This document shows, piece by piece, positions 10,383 to 25,945 of a stretch of DNA of 64,000 bases. The translations under genes and the position numbers were made by a program. Below the pieces are notes generated by a model. It did not search any database and was not told the origin of the DNA. It saw nothing but the letters and a program-made list of their open reading frames with translations. The first letter of the stretch is position 1, and each line of letters opens with the position of its first letter. Origin of the DNA: Lingula anatina (taxonomy: Eukaryota; Animalia; Brachiopoda); contig CM120645.1 in assembly GCA_051362555.1 (NCBI GenBank), forward strand, positions 6,448,001 to 6,512,000, given 5' to 3'.

Positions 10383-13300
10383 GTAAGTGACTATTTTTTT
10401 TGCCTTGCACGGTTTCCTAAATCTATATCTTAGACTGTGCGGTAGACTTGAATATGGTAAATGATTTCTTGCATCAAGATTGCTGTATTGTATTTTGTGT
10501 TCTCTTTAGCTTTCTTTTATTGGGTTTTCCTTAAATAGAAAAGAAGAGTAGACATTTTTCGTATTGTTTACTCTTGTTCTTGTATGCTGGCAGTTTAATC
10601 AAAATGTTTTATTATAAAGACACCTTTTCTGAATCAGTAATTAGTTTATTACGGAATTCTAACAGCATCTTCTAAATGAAATGTTATTGAAAAAGGTATT
10701 TACATGTTAATTTGTTGGGTAATGAAGGTGATTTGAGCATATACCGCAGCATTTATCATCTTACCCGTTGAGATAAATGGAGTAAAGTAATGCAGACTCA
10801 TTGCACGAGCCTTCTCTATTTACATCATTAATCAGTTATTCCCTGTAATGTGTATCACTTTTGCATACAAAGTGATACTAATTATCTGACTTGGTGATGT
10901 ATTTGATGGTAAATTCACAGGATGATCTTTCTTTAATGTTTCCAATTAGTGATTCGTCTCGGATGTATTTGACAATGTGTATTTTAGATGTTATTCAAGG
11001 AAATAGCGTTGACAATGGCAGTTTCATCTTACAGTTGATGGTATTTAAGTTGAAAACTACCAAAGGCACTGTTACCAATAAAGTAATTTTCAAAAGGTCG
11101 CAGTGGCTGTCAGCAAATTCATGAGTAAATGTGTTCTGTATAGTGTTTTCTCTGTGAATATGTCACATTGTCTGAAAATTTTAAGGATCTTCACTTCTGA
11201 TTAGAAAATATCATTTCTGTTATAGTTTTATTTGTCTTGATGTTCAATTAGGTGATTACTAGTGGAAGATCCTAAAAGAAAAGTCACGAGTGAAATCTGC
11301 GCTATTGTGCAATGTTTTATTTCAACTGCAAATAATGTTTCAGTCTTGACTCATTTGGAATTGTGCACACAGGAGATAAGTCATTATGCTGAGGATTTGT
11401 ATGAGCTCTCTTTATAATGAGATCAGGAAGACAACATCAGACCAACTTTGACGTGTTTGATTAATCGTGTAGACATTGTTGGGAAATGTAAAATAATCAC
11501 GCAATGGGTACCCAAACAGCCATTAAACATGCATCAATATTGAATTTATCTATCTTTACATCCTGATGACGAGTAGGAAGCTAGGTTGTCATCTGGAATA
11601 TGGGCAATTAGTATAAATCTTGAATAATGAGATTTACGTTGGACGGAAAAGGAAAAACATTTATTTAAATGTCAGTGGTTTGCTCAATTATGCTGTGTTA
11701 GTTACTCGCTGGGTTTCCTTGATTGGCAGAAGGAGAAGAATGTCACTTTCCTTTGTTTCTAATAATATCTGCCTGCCATCATTGGTTTTTTGTCATCCAT
11801 TTTTCTTTCCTTCCATTGGCTGTTTCATTTATAGATTGCTGCTTGAATTTGAAAGGAAATGTATTTCCTCGCATTGTTATTTTATAATTTCTGCAAGATT
11901 ACAGAATCTTAGGAATGACTGGAAGCATTGATTTCTTGTTTTTATACATCTGGTTTTATTAGTGTTGCCCTGGATGAGGATTGAAAGAGAAGTGAATTTT
12001 CATAAAACCATTGTGCACTTCATATATAAGAATTGTATACTAGGCGAATGAATGTTGAATTTCTGGAATTTTTTTATGTGCACAGGTATATCAGAAATGA
12101 GTTTCATTCATTTACAAATACCAGTGTTTTTAATGCTCTTGACTATGTGCAGGATTTATCCTAACCCATACACCTACTTAAGATTAGAAATACCTGACAA
12201 GTGCTAGACTAGATTATAAAGACATTTTTGCCAAATGCTTTAAGTTATTTACCTACTTTGGATCAGAAAAAAAAAGAAGAAAAGACCATTTCAATTTATA
12301 TTTTTTTCAATTTATCATTGAATAAGATGTAACAAAAAATGATGTACAAAATGTATAGGATATTTAGATTTATTAAAGCAAAAATTAAGCAGGGGTGATT
12401 TTAGTATATTAATGTCTGATGTCACATGGTAAATTCACAGTATTTTCTCTTATGGATCAGGCCAGTTAGGGAGAGTTTGAGGGGGGGGGGGTTGCCATTT
12501 TGACCAGGAACAATCTGTTCTGTGCCCAAATTGGATATTGTGCTGTCTCCTGTAATGACTTGCACTGTTATTTCCTTTTTTTATGGCCAATAGAAAAATA
12601 TTCCCCATTGGCAGCCATTGGTTTTGATGATACCCATCAACTTTGAAAGTGGATAATAACTTTGATTGTCCTCATTTTTAAGTAATTTGATTTTTTAGTA
12701 ACTTTTCAGGTAAAGTATTTGAGCTTTCAGTGAGTTTGTCATTGATGATGGTTTATTGATGTACTTAGATATCATTTGAAGGTTTCCATATGGCTTTTAT
12801 GCTCTGATGAGAATCAGTCATTGTTTTTATTCTTTTTTGTGTGTATTTATTGTTTTTCTACAAATCTAAAATTCCAAATGAAACCGCCAATGGTAATTTT
12901 TTCCTTTTGTTCTGTAAAAGCACTGTCTAATAAATTGACAGACATTGTATTTATTTATTTATTTTTAGATTTATTTTATTTATTACTACTTAAAGGATGA
13001 AAGACGTAAAAAAGTACAAACACATACTCCATTTGTGGACACACCCATTGATTTATACGCCAGAAAAAGCCCACGGACCCATTTTAACCTGATTTTGTTT
13101 TTTGTATTGATTTCTTTTGCAAAGACTCCAGGTATTATAGTATTTACAAGTTCATGCTGCCTCTCCTAGACTTCTTTTGTTAAATCATGCTTTGGCATGT
13201 TAATTTAGGATTCAAACTAATAAATTACGAAGAACGTCTATAGCTAAAGATCTGCTGCAAATTTTCATCTCTTTTGGCATGTAAACAGAGCATTTAATGT

Positions 13301-15247
13301 TGCAATGACTGTGTGCAATGGTCCTGCAATATATCTTCCAGAACTCTTCTTTTCAGCTCCTGCCCAGCAGACAGTTAAAGCTACTTGACTCCCTATATAC
13401 TTGCTACAAAATAGAAAAGTTTTCATTTAGAAAATTATGTATGTTTTGGTATATGGATTAACTTGGAGTGTCCTAGATTGGTAGTTGTTAAATAATTATT
13501 CACATCATAAAATAAGTCGTGTTACAATTCACTTATCTTAGGCCTATTAAAAAAAAATGTGGCCATGAAAATGTATAACTATGGGGTACTTCTGAACCTG
13601 AAACTCCATAGTGTGTTGGTCAAGAAGCACTGAAGAGTTGTTGAGGATGTCTGGAAAAATTAAGTAATCATATCTGATCTCATCAAAATTCTGCATACGG
13701 TCCCTTTAAGAAGCTAAATTTAATGCTTAGTGCTCAGAAAATTGCCATTGCTACTCGGCAGCCTATAATTGAAGTGCAGGACAAGACATGGCAGTAATGG
13801 TCCCAGGGGACTGGTGATTTATATTCATCAGTGACAGGTCTGTTGTTGAATATTATCATGGTGTATACTGATGCACTGTCTGACCTATACTGATAGCAGC
13901 TCTTTAAAAGCCAGTGGGAAATTTCAAAATTCAAAGAATGGTTTCAAGGAAATTGATTCTTTTTGTTTTGTAAAATACATACAGGAAATTGGATGAGTAA
14001 AATGTAGACAGATGGATGCACTTACATTTAGATATCTGTTTTTGTTATCTCTACCATGGGAGTTGCTGTTCAGACAGTCATAGTTCAGAAGGTTTTGAGT
14101 TAAGAATCACCATTTCTAGAATGGATCAGAGAAATTCACTCTTTACACTGATGCATTACCTACTTTCCCAAAAAGGAATCATTGTATACTTCTACGAGCC
14201 TTGCATCATGGGAGACAGAAGTGGGCATGGTATTGCTATATAAGACACACCTGGATGTCGAAAGTAATCAAAATGAGAAAGTTGTTATAAAAGGTTAAAG
14301 TATGTCTGTTTTCATTGAATGAAATGTAATAAATTCTAATTTTCCCCAAAATTGCTGGTTTTGGACATGCTTTACCACATGCCATCCCACAATGCAACAT
14401 TCTCATCTAACACATTCAGCACCCTATCACATCCATACATACAGTAGATATATCCAAGGTTGTCTGTGTTCATCTAATTTTATGTGATGTTTATGGTCAC
14501 TGTGATTGAATTGAAGCAGTAATGATTGAATGATTCTGGATAGGAACTAAAAAGAAAAGATGTTAAAAATTCCATTTGTTGCCAGGAAATCATGCAGACA
14601 ATACCTTAATTGACCCTTATCGATAAATTCCTTTATTTCCCTTCTAGTAGACATGTCCAAAGAAAACAACTTGGAGATCTTAAAGTCATTTGGTTTACCA
14701 CAAATACTTGTTGTGTTTTGTTTTCCTGGAAATCCTGATTCTTTGACATTAACGTAATTGCTCCTTCAGGTGAACCTTTCACGATTTGTTTCTTAGATGG
14801 ACTCATTCCGATTGAAAATATTGTTCTACATTGATCTACATAGATAGAGGAAGAGATTAATATCCGCCTTTATCTAGAAGTCTTGGGGTTTCTAGTTTTA
14901 CTTCAGTTTTTAGGGCACAAAGTACATTAACATAGGGCTGATTCGCAATGAATTAATCAGAAGAACAGATTAACCCGCCACCTCTCGTCTCCAACATACT
15001 GATATAATTGCCACCTTTTTTGTATTGAACTCAATGCCAGGAGGTGTGTTAATCTGAATTGACTTTTTTTTTTTTTTTTTTTTTTTTTTTGAAATAGTGG
15101 CCTGACATATCTTGGGTCAAAGTAGACAAGAAAAAACTTTCAGTCTTAATTGTTGTTTTTTTTTTTTTGACATATTGAGCACACCTGGAACATCTTGCTC
15201 TTGTAAGTTATAATGTTGTATAATCCCAATAGTTGTTTCCATAGTTA

Positions 15248-15430
15248 GAGCACATTCAGAATAGCAGACTGACAGACACGCGGATCAAATATGGCCACCC
15301 ACTAAAAAGCTTGCCGCTTAATTCTCGATTAGACACTGAATTGTTCTCCCAGGGATTACGCAACAAGTATTCAAGTGGGTCAGCCATATTTGTTCTGAGG
15401 ATCTGTTAGTCCACTGTTCTGAATGTGCTC
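15248..15430. mobile_element. Tourist/PIF-Harbinger-like MITE (family A)
   Basis: TIR GAGCACATTCAGAA...TTCTGAATGTGCTC; TTA on both flanks. Confidence 0.8.
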
Positions 15431-18400
15431 TTAAACCTGTGAATGTGATCAATTGAAAGAAATTGCCTCAGATCATAATCACTAATCCCTGCTACACCTT
15501 GTCCTAAACCTAGGCGTTAACTTGTAATAAAAGCAGAAATTAATCTCTCATGGTATAAAACTTACAATATGTTTGCCGTATCACAGGTAGCAGATATTGT
15601 AGGGTAGCGGATGAGTATGTTGATTCATAGAAAAAAGCATCGGACGAGGGGAAGCCTCACTAGGTCATTTGTGCAAATAGATGTATCAGGAGTAGTATCT
15701 TGAATTGATACATATTATTATTATTATTATTATAGTAGATCATCGTTGGTAAAAAAGAATACTGTTATTTCTTACGCAAGTTACATATCAAGGAAGTATC
15801 CATTCTAAGCATCAACTAAAAAGGGGAAAAAATCAATGTTTACAACTGACGTATGTGTACAATTAAGATCAATCCTATGTCAGGGTCAGATGAAAAACAA
15901 GCTTCTTTTCTGTCTTTGTCATGTAACAGCATGGGAATACAAATATTTACAACCTTTGAAGAAAACCTGCTAACAAGTTTCTCAAACCTTGCTCGTGTCA
16001 TTGCTGGCATGTCTCATTAAGAGAACTGAAAAGCAAAGATCTAGCCTTTCATGTAGTCGTGATATTCCAGTGTACCCAATACAGCGGGGTTGAATATCCA
16101 GTTTACTCAGTTAGGTCTTAAAATAGTCAATAACCTTTTGATGTCCTGGAAAATTATATGACACAAGGGTTCTTTTGTGAGTTGTGTAAGGTATTTTGCA
16201 TGAGTTTTTTTTTTTTTTTTTTTTTAGAGATATTGTTTTATCTTGAGAAATATCTATTTTCTGAATGATGGAATGCAACATTTTGTACAGTGAGATATAT
16301 TCATATATGCGAAGCTATTATTCTTATCCCTGGCAGTTTTGAAATCAAATTGTTTGTAGATTTTTGAGAATGTTTAGATTTGACTTTGTTTATATATTTT
16401 GTACAAGGTGAGGCAGCACTTATGAAGTGACACGGTGTTTTGAAATAAGGATGCCAAATTCATTTCCTGACTGAAATAGTCAGTATAGTCTCCATATGTT
16501 TAGGGTGTCTAAAAACAGTTGTACACTTTTCTGCTCTGGTTTGAGTACACTGTTGTCTAGGTGCAACATTGTGTCAGATGTGCTAGGTGCAACATTGTGC
16601 TAGGTGTTACAATGTGTCATGTGTGACAAATCGTTCTATGCATGAAACAGTGTATGACATCAAATTAACAGTTCATCAGTTTGCTTATTATGCAATTTAT
16701 ACAATGCTTTAGCTGTGAATGTTTAAATTGAGAAACATTTAAGATCATATTTTCTGTAATTTAAGGTAAATAATTTTTTTCTATTTTATCAGTGTGTTTG
16801 ACATTGTGTATCAATTTGTATGCACTAAAAAATGAGTCATTCATTTTGTTTGTCCATTATCAAAATTGATGTATTAAACAGACATGCATCTCGAAAGTTT
16901 CATGATCTGTTTGCCCAATGATGGATTGCTTTGGATATTAGATTATGGTCTGCTGGTGATTTTATATTAATCCACATGAACCTTTTGTAGGACTTATCAT
17001 TCATTATTGTAAATTTTACTGTATACTCATTTGTGTCAGATCACTACTGAGTGTGAAAGGTCATAAAAAAAAGAAAAAAAGAAAGGTGACATCCGTGTTG
17101 GTTTATTTCTTAAACACATACCTGATAATTGCCACATTAGTGTTGTTTGTGACAATCTTTTCTTTCATAGAATTTTTTTTCTTGTCTATTGTGGAATGAA
17201 GGTAACATATTGTTTGTAAAGAGAGTAAACATGTTTTTCTACTTCTGAGACATGAAAGATCAGTTACGTGATCAAGGCTCTTTGAAGAAATATCGCAATA
17301 GGTTTAAAAACAAACACTTTTCTGTCTCCTCCATCTCTTCCAAGGTTTCAAGGTTAAGTTCTATTGAACCAAATGTAACATTAATGTATTAAAATGTCAT
17401 GGAATATTATCACAAAAAATACAACATGCATTCCAACAAATTACCAGATGAGATGATTAAGTATTGTTCTCTGGAGTTGCAAAAGTGCCATATTTACTCA
17501 ACGTATTTCCAGATAGGTTTTTAATTTGTTTTTTACTATCGTTATCTGGTTTATGAGTGAAGAGCATATGTACAGCTTTACTTCAGTATCTCCAAGCCTT
17601 ATACGCTGCTATTGGAGTGCTAGAGACCTGGGGAATTATATATATAACAGGGGCCTATGTGTAAACAAAAAGAAAAAAGGTCAAGGGCTCATTGACAGAA
17701 TTGATGTCATTTAGACGTACACATAATATTCTCACGTACTGAAAAACAACTAAATTTCTGCCTTAATTCTGTGGCACGACCATTTCTTTTGAAGTATTAG
17801 ACATCACTGTCTAAATGGCGGAAGTAATTTCAGTGCCACTGTTTGTATTGCCATTGTAGCAGCTTAGACGCATGCATACAAGGAAATGGGCCACTACAGC
17901 AAAACCAACGGCCTTTATAGGCTGTGACACTGAATGCTTTATAGTGTTTAAGATGGGTTTATGACACCAATTTAAAAGTATGTGGAGGTAAAAAAACATT
18001 TTCTGCAAACATCGGTTTGCTGCGATCAGGTGCAATTGATGCTTTAAGTAAGGTTAGCATCTCGGCTAAAGTCCACCATAGTGCGTAATGGCAAGTTTTT
18101 GTCAGCTATATGGCCTTTTGCATTTTTAATGGTCTTCATCCTCTAAATGTTAAAGAGCAGTGGCCTCAGCGATTTTAATGATAGCACTGTATTTAGTGTC
18201 CTTTAACCATTGATTTCAGAAGTATCTGTCTCATTATTGTTATTATCGTGTTGGGTTTTGGGTCATGCCAAGAGATCAGTGGCCTTCTGGATCACTTTTC
18301 CTAATGGGTTATTTTGTTTTATTATGGAGGATGACTGTTCGTGTTAAAGTACTTCTCTTGAAAAACATTTATCCACGAGAAGTTTGCACAAAAGGAGGCT

Positions 18401-20474
18401 TGTTCTATTTTCAATTGTACGTCTAGAGTGGTCATTATTGGTGTTGCACAGTAATTTCTAATTTATTTTACAACAGATTGCTTTGTGATAAAAATCCTAG
18501 AACGTTGAAAAATTCTGAATAGCAACTTGTCAGTTATATGTTTGGACAGAAAAAGATTTTTAGAATTAGTAAATATAAATAGCCATCAAAAAAAAAATTT
18601 TTTTTTTTTGTGTGACTGCAAATGCCTGCTTGTAATCATTTTTAAATATACTTGGCTGCATGTCACTTTCACTTTGTAAGGCCTGCTTAGAATGAGTAAG
18701 TAGCAGTAGCTAGTTCATTCTGAGCAGACTATAACTCTCCATCAGAGGTTGATGATGTGATTGGTGAAATTTAAACTTTTTCTGATACATTCTAATTGAT
18801 ATATTTCTCTTAAATCAACTCTATTTTATGAGCTTTTTGATCAGTGTATAATGTGTTGAATATGTTAAAAGTATTGAATTCAGTGTTATTTTCATATAGA
18901 TATCATGATGTATTTACTCATGTTGAGATCTTTTTAAGGTTGACAATTACATTTGATGTCTTAGTTCATTTTTAGTTGTCAGCCAGTTAACAGAGCAACT
19001 ACATAACTTCCAGGTGGCCTTCTACTTGACTGGTAACTCTGTGATTTCCAACAATGATAATTATTGTCAAAATCTGTCAATGTCACGTTATTGAAGTGAA
19101 ATCCAGAAAAAGATGGAAGATTGACAATCAAATTGAGTGGAACCCAGCACCTGTTCTAAAGATTTTTTTTTTTACATAAAAGCTTTCATATATGGAATTA
19201 TGTATGACTGATGAAATGAAGAACACACCCCATAACCCGCGAATTGCATATAGTGTCAACAGACATTAATGTAATGATCTGTGTTGTTGTTGTCAGAGGG
19301 AAGTAATCAAATAATTGCAATCTCATTTCAGTGGTCAACCTGTGCGTTTACCTAGAATAGAAGTCATAACAAGTGGTAAATATACACTCCTTTTTAGATA
19401 AATGTGTAATGAAGTCAACAACTTATTTTTTGGGTGAAATAGGCTTTTTGGTGATTTTTGTGTAATGATGATAAAAAGGTGCTTAATAATCCTCATTTCT
19501 AGAGCTCACATAGACTATCAGTTATGAATTGAAGGATCTATGTAGATTATATTTGTCAAAATTATATTTCTTGCAGGCAATAGTCAATCTCTCTCTCTTT
19601 CTCTCTCTCTCAGTTTAGAGCATAAGGAATTTTATTTTATTTAATGTAGAGCCCATTACATTTGCTCAGAGAGAGTCCAATGTGAAATTGGTCACATCCC
19701 CAAAACAGTTCTTATATGTATTTGATTGTTGGACACTTATGTAACATATCACCCATTAAGTGTAATATCTCTTCAATATCTCTTCTTGGTGAATGTTATT
19801 AGCAAGGCCAGTGCCTTCTGATTTGAGGATATATAAATATTGATTATTTTCATCAGCTCCGGACATGAACAGTTTGAAATGATTCATATTCTCATTATTT
19901 TAATTAGGGAAGAAGACTCTGAATGGTAATATGTGACATTCATTCTGACCAGTTTACGGACTTCTTTCCTGGTGTTAAATAATTGATGATTAGATGACGA
20001 CAGTTAGGATGTCTAACTAATAACAGACGTGATATGTGTGAGATAATACATTGTCACCCTATGCCAGAACACCTTGAGAGTGAATGAAAGTTCTTCAAGG
20101 CATATTAATTGCTAGAGGGTGACAACAAGTGTATTATTTGGCACATATATTGAGAGAAATTACTCACATTTCATCAAAATACACCCATAAAACACCATTA
20201 AATATTAATCGCCACTGTCACATAACATCTCAGGGAATACATATTAAATGAAAGACGTCATTTGAAAATTGCAATATTACAAGTTTCCAGAAAAAAAAAG
20301 AAAGGAAATAATCGAGAAAAAAATATTCAACCTTTCTTTTTTCTAGTTTTAGAAAAATTTAGAAACACCCATTTAAAGAACAAAAGAAAAAGGAGAGGAA
20401 GAATCAATTTAATTTGCGTCAACCTTTCTATTTTTTCTTTTTTTAGAATCTAATACTCTTGCATAATCTCTTAT

Positions 20475-21019
20475 CTGAATGGCCTTGATGTAAAGAACAG
20501 AAGTTTTTAATCTGACAGCTTGTTGTAGGATGGTACACAGTAATTGACGATAAGTAGAGATATGACAGATTCTGTCATAAGATGATCAGATTACAAGAAG
20601 GCTACATGTCATTGAAGTCATACATCACAAATGAAGGTAATAAGTTGTTCAGTATACACTCAATCAAAAAAGTTCAGAAACATGAACTTGTTTTTCATTT
20701 ATTAAAAACTATGTAATATACTGAATGGCCTTGACGTAAAGGACAGATGATTCCAATCTGACAGCTTGATTTAGGTTAATCAAGGAAAAGGGTACGTTCA
20801 CAATAATTGATAGTAAGAAGCGATATATCCGATTCTGTCATAAGATGATCAGATTACAAGGCGGCTACATGTCATTGAAGTCATTGAAATCAGTGTCGAT
20901 ATATAACACAAATGAAGGTGTATCCACAGTTCACTTTTGATAAGTTGTTCAATATACACTCAACCAAAAAAGTTCAGACAATGAAATTGTTTTTCATTTA
21001 TTAAAAAGAACTATGTAAT
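20475..21019. repeat. Tandem duplication of a ~250-300-bp segment
   Basis: CTGAATGGCCTTGA...TTCATTTATTAAAA at 20475 and again at 20721, with indels. Confidence 0.85.
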
Positions 21020-22213
21020 GTATTGCAGTGTTTATAAAAAAAATAAGAAATGGTGGGTGCATTATCCATCAATATTTGGTAAAAAAAATATCATAATATG
21101 GTAATTTTATAATTATTCAAAATAAGGTTTCCAAACCTTTTTTTGGTTGAATGTATATTAACATATTTGGTCAAGTGTATATTAACAAATTGTAATTAGA
21201 TTAGAGAGCCAGAATAATCCCTCTTGGGTACCACCATCTGCCTATTTAATTGAGTGCTGAAGACATAAACCAACTATGTTCACTAAGTCGGCTGATATAT
21301 GGCATGGTATAGGTATACTAAGTTCATTTTCACCCTAGAGAACAACTGTCCTGAATGCTCCTTCTGGCTGCTAACATTTTCAACTCTGTATGAACTTATC
21401 ACAATGCTGTTTATCATGCTAAACTAACCGCAAGGTATGAAGTCAAAATTTGAAAAAAAAAGTCATTTTTTCTAGAGAGACAATACTTGTTTTCTACCTA
21501 TGATGCATGACATATTACTTCAACCTCTAATGCTTCCCCCCCCCCCCCACTAACTGCCACCACCCTCCATCCCCCTCTCACGCCCCAACCCCACCTCCCA
21601 AAGTAATAGGTAATAGTCAAACTTCAGGCACTTACATCCAAATAGTCATGTAATAAAGGGTTAATTGAGGAAAGGTCGAGACATCATGCCTCATGATAGA
21701 AAACTCGATTAGCCCCTAAAGAAATGATTTACTTTTTTATCGTAGTTGCACAAGAGACTAAAATGCCCATTTCTTTGGAAACCAATAAGAAGCTGCTGGT
21801 TCTGGAACAAATTTCAGGTCCAGCTTCCTGTAACATCATAATTTTCATAAACCAATATGTGTACTTTGCATCTTTTATGTTGTAAAATTTTAAAAGGAAG
21901 TTGTAACATAAATTGTGCTTTTTTTGACTTGACAGATTTCTCCATTCATTTAAATTATTCTCTATCATTTGTAAGTCATTATATTGTTCAGTTTATAATT
22001 CTGATTCAAGATACATGTAGGTTAATTTTAAAATACAACAGGCACATTCAATTTTTTATTTTAATAGAATAAATTATTAAAAGAACAAATAAATAAAGAA
22101 ATAGATGAATAAACATGATGGATGATGAGGAGGCATCGATATTTACAAACGCCTTAACCTGTCCGAAATGCATTGCTCACCAATCCCTATCTGCTCATCC
22201 CTTGAGACCAAGA

Positions 22214-22534
22214 TCTATTAAAAGCTTAGGCGGAAGCTCGAAGAAGGTGATTATCTTCCTGCTGACTGGCTGATACATAAGTGTCATAATAGGCCATACG
22301 GATTCTCTGCTAACACAGTGATTAATTCTGCTGCAGACAAGAACAGTGCGTGGAAGAGCGGTGATATAGGAAGTTTCAGAAGCGAAAGGCTCCAGCAGGA
22401 CTTCACTGGATCATTACTTCACTGCCTTGCCACAGATGTTATAGTTGACAAAATTGGTATATGTGCAAGTGTTCTGATAAAGGAAGTTTAAGAACTAAAA
22501 CCGGATTTAATGGGAACTCAATATCGCTGGAGAG
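22214..22534 (+). promoter_or_regulatory. Candidate promoter and non-coding first exon for the nested GPCR
   Basis: TATA-like TCTATTAAAA near 22214, then about 300 nt of comparatively GC-richer unique sequence ending in the strong donor GGAGAG|gtaaga. Inference only. Confidence 0.35.
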
Positions 22535-23918
22535 GTAAGATTTGCAGTTTCTGGTTATTGTGAAAGCAGATTAACTGATATCTGTAATTCTCACTGATGT
22601 GCTATGTAGATCCGTTTTGATTGAAAGGAGCAGATCTTTTTCTATCCAGAAGTTATTGGTAGATAAAAGTGAAATCGGCAAAATAATGTTTTTATGATAG
22701 CAAATTATTTTTTTTTGTTTATTTATTTATTTATTTATTTATCATTATTTTTTTTTTTCATAAACTGGTTGTAAATCAAGATCACAGATTATGACGACTG
22801 GTATGGCGATTTGTTTTTGGATAGAGCTTGGACTGATAAAAAAAGCCTAATTATTCACAGATTAGATATGTTCTCTTAATCTTTTTGTTATTTTCAACAC
22901 GCCTACCTAACAAACTAGCTCATTTACCAACTAAATAGCAGGTTAAGTAGTCTTCTGCAATGAACTAGCAGGGAAACTTTATTAGCTTATTAGCAAGCTA
23001 GTCAACTAGATAAATTATTTACTAACCACATGTATAGCCAGCTGAGGAACAGGGAAGGTACGTTAATTTTCTCATTCTGTTACAATAGAATTATTTAGTT
23101 TTAACAGAATATGATAAATTATTCACCTGTTTTATTGAGAAACAAGTGGGAAAACATGTCAGCTCTTGTCTGTAGGAGTGTTAGATGAGTGTTTCTGGTT
23201 TAATTAGTGATACATAAATATTGTATGTTTTCTATGAAGTACGTGGAACATAGTTCCTGTTTAAAAGTAAATTGTCTTCACAAGATACTCTTTGTATGCA
23301 CTTATTGGATATCATAAGTGTCTCATGCTTCTTTTTTTTTTAACTTTGACAGTACAAACGAAATGTTTTTGTGATGTAGCTGAATGGTGTTTCAATTCTA
23401 CACGGCCGTCTAGTGTGTTTATTTCAGATCAATGAATCATTACCGTGTCCATCTAGACAATGGATATGGCATTTAATTGATCAGAAAACCACTAGGAACC
23501 AGATTAGAGATAAAGCTTTTATGTATCTGCTGACTGTATGGACATAAACCATATTTCTCATTACAAGAATCCACTCTAGATTATCTGGAATTAATGATGA
23601 TTATCTTTTGGAGCCATATTCATTGTGCTGAGCATTGGTTGATCCAGTAGAGCAAGTTACATACATGTATACAGTGGGCTTTACCTTTGCAAATCTGAAT
23701 CCATTTTGATCCAAGTGTAGGGTGGAAAAACTGGTCGAAAAGCAGGTTTTTGAGTTCTTTTGTGGCTTTAAAATAATTAAAAGTGTATCTAATATACATT
23801 GCATGACGTGATTTTTTGAGTCTAGACCAGAAAATGTGTCCTTTGATGAGTTTTTTAAACCTGCATGTGCCTCAAGCAGACCATCTACTAAACCACACAT
23901 TAGCTGTCAAGGGCCATT

Positions 23919-24066
23919 CAGGGATGAGACTTTTCCGACTTTTGGGAGCCAAAAATGTCATTTTTGAGATCAATGCATATGTGCAATAAAAACTTGGGGG
24001 GGGGGGGATGGGTCGGGACCCGCGCCATATTTTCAAACTTCGTACTAAATGGTAGTCTCATCCCTG
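23919..24066. mobile_element. Short MITE with TIR CAGGGATGAGACT
   Basis: 13-bp perfect TIR; flanks GCCATT/GTCATT (possible 6-bp TSD with one mismatch). Confidence 0.6.
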
Positions 24067-24383
24067 GTCATTGCTATGAGAGGGCATAGCAAAGTTATTG
24101 AGTTATAAGCCCATTATCTTTGTATTAACCAGTCATAAATATTACAGTTGCTTCGCAATATAGAAGTCACACCATGGGGATAAGGAATATTTGTATCAAA
24201 ATTAAATTACCTGAAGAAAAATTATCATTATTATAAAATTATAAAATTTAACCAGGAGTCAACCTTCACAATAATTTCTTGAGTCTACTTCACAATCACC
24301 ACTAGAACCGCCTGCACAAAGGATCTATACACTAACCATGCACTTTCTAGGCAAGAAGCCCAAGTAGCTATCCTTTACTTATT

Positions 24384-24660
24384 CAGGCCTACCCAACTAC
24401 CAGACTCGGCATATAAGGATCCTGTATTAACCAGTATATTGGACCACACTACCCGTTTTCAAGGTGTGTGTCAGTTCGCATTTTGGGGGTATCAGTCAGA
24501 ACACTGACAGGATGAGCCTGTGGTCATGCTACAGAATTTGTTCTGGGGTATGATACTCCGAAATGCGATCTGTCGCACACCTTGAAAACGGGTATTGTGG
24601 TCCGCTATACTGGTTTATTCAGGTTCCTTATGTGTCGAGTCTGGTAGTTGGGTAGGCCTG
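24384..24660. mobile_element. MITE family C (CAGG termini, 5-bp TSD; hAT5-like)
   Basis: About 100-bp imperfect TIR CAGGCCTACCCAACTACCAGACTCG; TTATT TSD. Confidence 0.85.
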
Positions 24661-25631
24661 TTATTTATGCGTCCTCTGCACTACAACAAGGGGTACTGTC
24701 AAAACACAGGCCTTTGGGTGCCTAGCTCTAAATCGTGTTATATTGATAAACATGTGCACGCAGGCACATATGCACACTAACTGCAGTTAGATCGCAATTA
24801 ATTTCAAGGTTGCCTTTGTCATAACAAGTAATAATAATATTTTGCTGTCAAGTGAGGAATAGGTCAGATTATCACAAAAGAAATAACAGTTAGATCACAA
24901 TCAATTTCAAGGTTGCCTTTATTTGCACTTCTTTCTGCCTATCCTACCCATGTACCCATGACTCCCTGGTCAGAATTGTCATGCATGTCACTGCAAGGAT
25001 ACTTATACTGATCTGTCAGTCATTATTAAAGTAGATGGCAGCACTAATCAATAATCTAAAACATTTAAATGATTCTCATTTTTCACCCAAAATGAAACTA
25101 TCTGCCTTGTAGGTGTCTTGCATATGAGAGCAGTGTGACAGTCTGAATTGTAATCAAGTTGTCTATGTGCTGCCAGAATCTATTATGCTGCCTACCATGT
25201 CTTTATTAAGTCAGGATTATTGAGTGTTTTTGTTGTGCGGACATAGGCGAGATTGTAATAAGAAGGGATGATGTAATTTTGTGTGTTAGATTGGATTTGT
25301 TATTGAGGGACTAGTTTCAATATCTACTTATGTCTGAAGGTGCAGTCATGCTGTGCCACATTTCTCAGTTATTTCATTGTGAATGGGCAGCTGCAAACTT
25401 AGCAAGATACTTTCAGTCTCTGCATCCCTTTTGTAATAATAATAATAATAATATAAATATTAATAATGATGATGATGATGAGGGCTGCAGGTTTATCCTG
25501 AATTGAAAAATACCAAATGATTTTTTTTTTAACTTTAAAGCCCAACTTTTGGCAGAAGTGCTTTGGTGAACCTGGTCCCTAGAATACCTAGTTTTGTTCA
25601 GCTGGTTGTCATTCAGACTTGACCAGTCTAA

Positions 25632-25839
25632 GAGTGCATTCCCAGAGATTTAGATCGATCCATCTAGATCGACCTAACTCCCTGGGGGTTCAAGCTAAAT
25701 TGCTGTCAGCCGAGTGCAGTTAATTACCCCTTTACAGCTTTTAGTAGGCGGGACAGACATTTAAGCCAGCTAAGCTGACAGTAATCTAGTGAGACTCCCC
25801 ACAGGGATAGGTCAATCTGAAATCTGTGGGAATGGGGTC
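25632..25839. mobile_element. Family B MITE, free copy
   Basis: GAGTGCATTCCCAGAGA...TCTGTGGGAATGGGGTC; TAA TSD; highly similar to 26098-26317. Confidence 0.8.
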
Positions 25840-25945
25840 TAAGCCTACATCCCAGGGAAAATATTATTGGCCTTTTCACAACAAGCTTTATATCTTAGCG
25901 ACATGTACAGTTGTATTGGTGTTTTTTTGAGAGATTGACAACTAA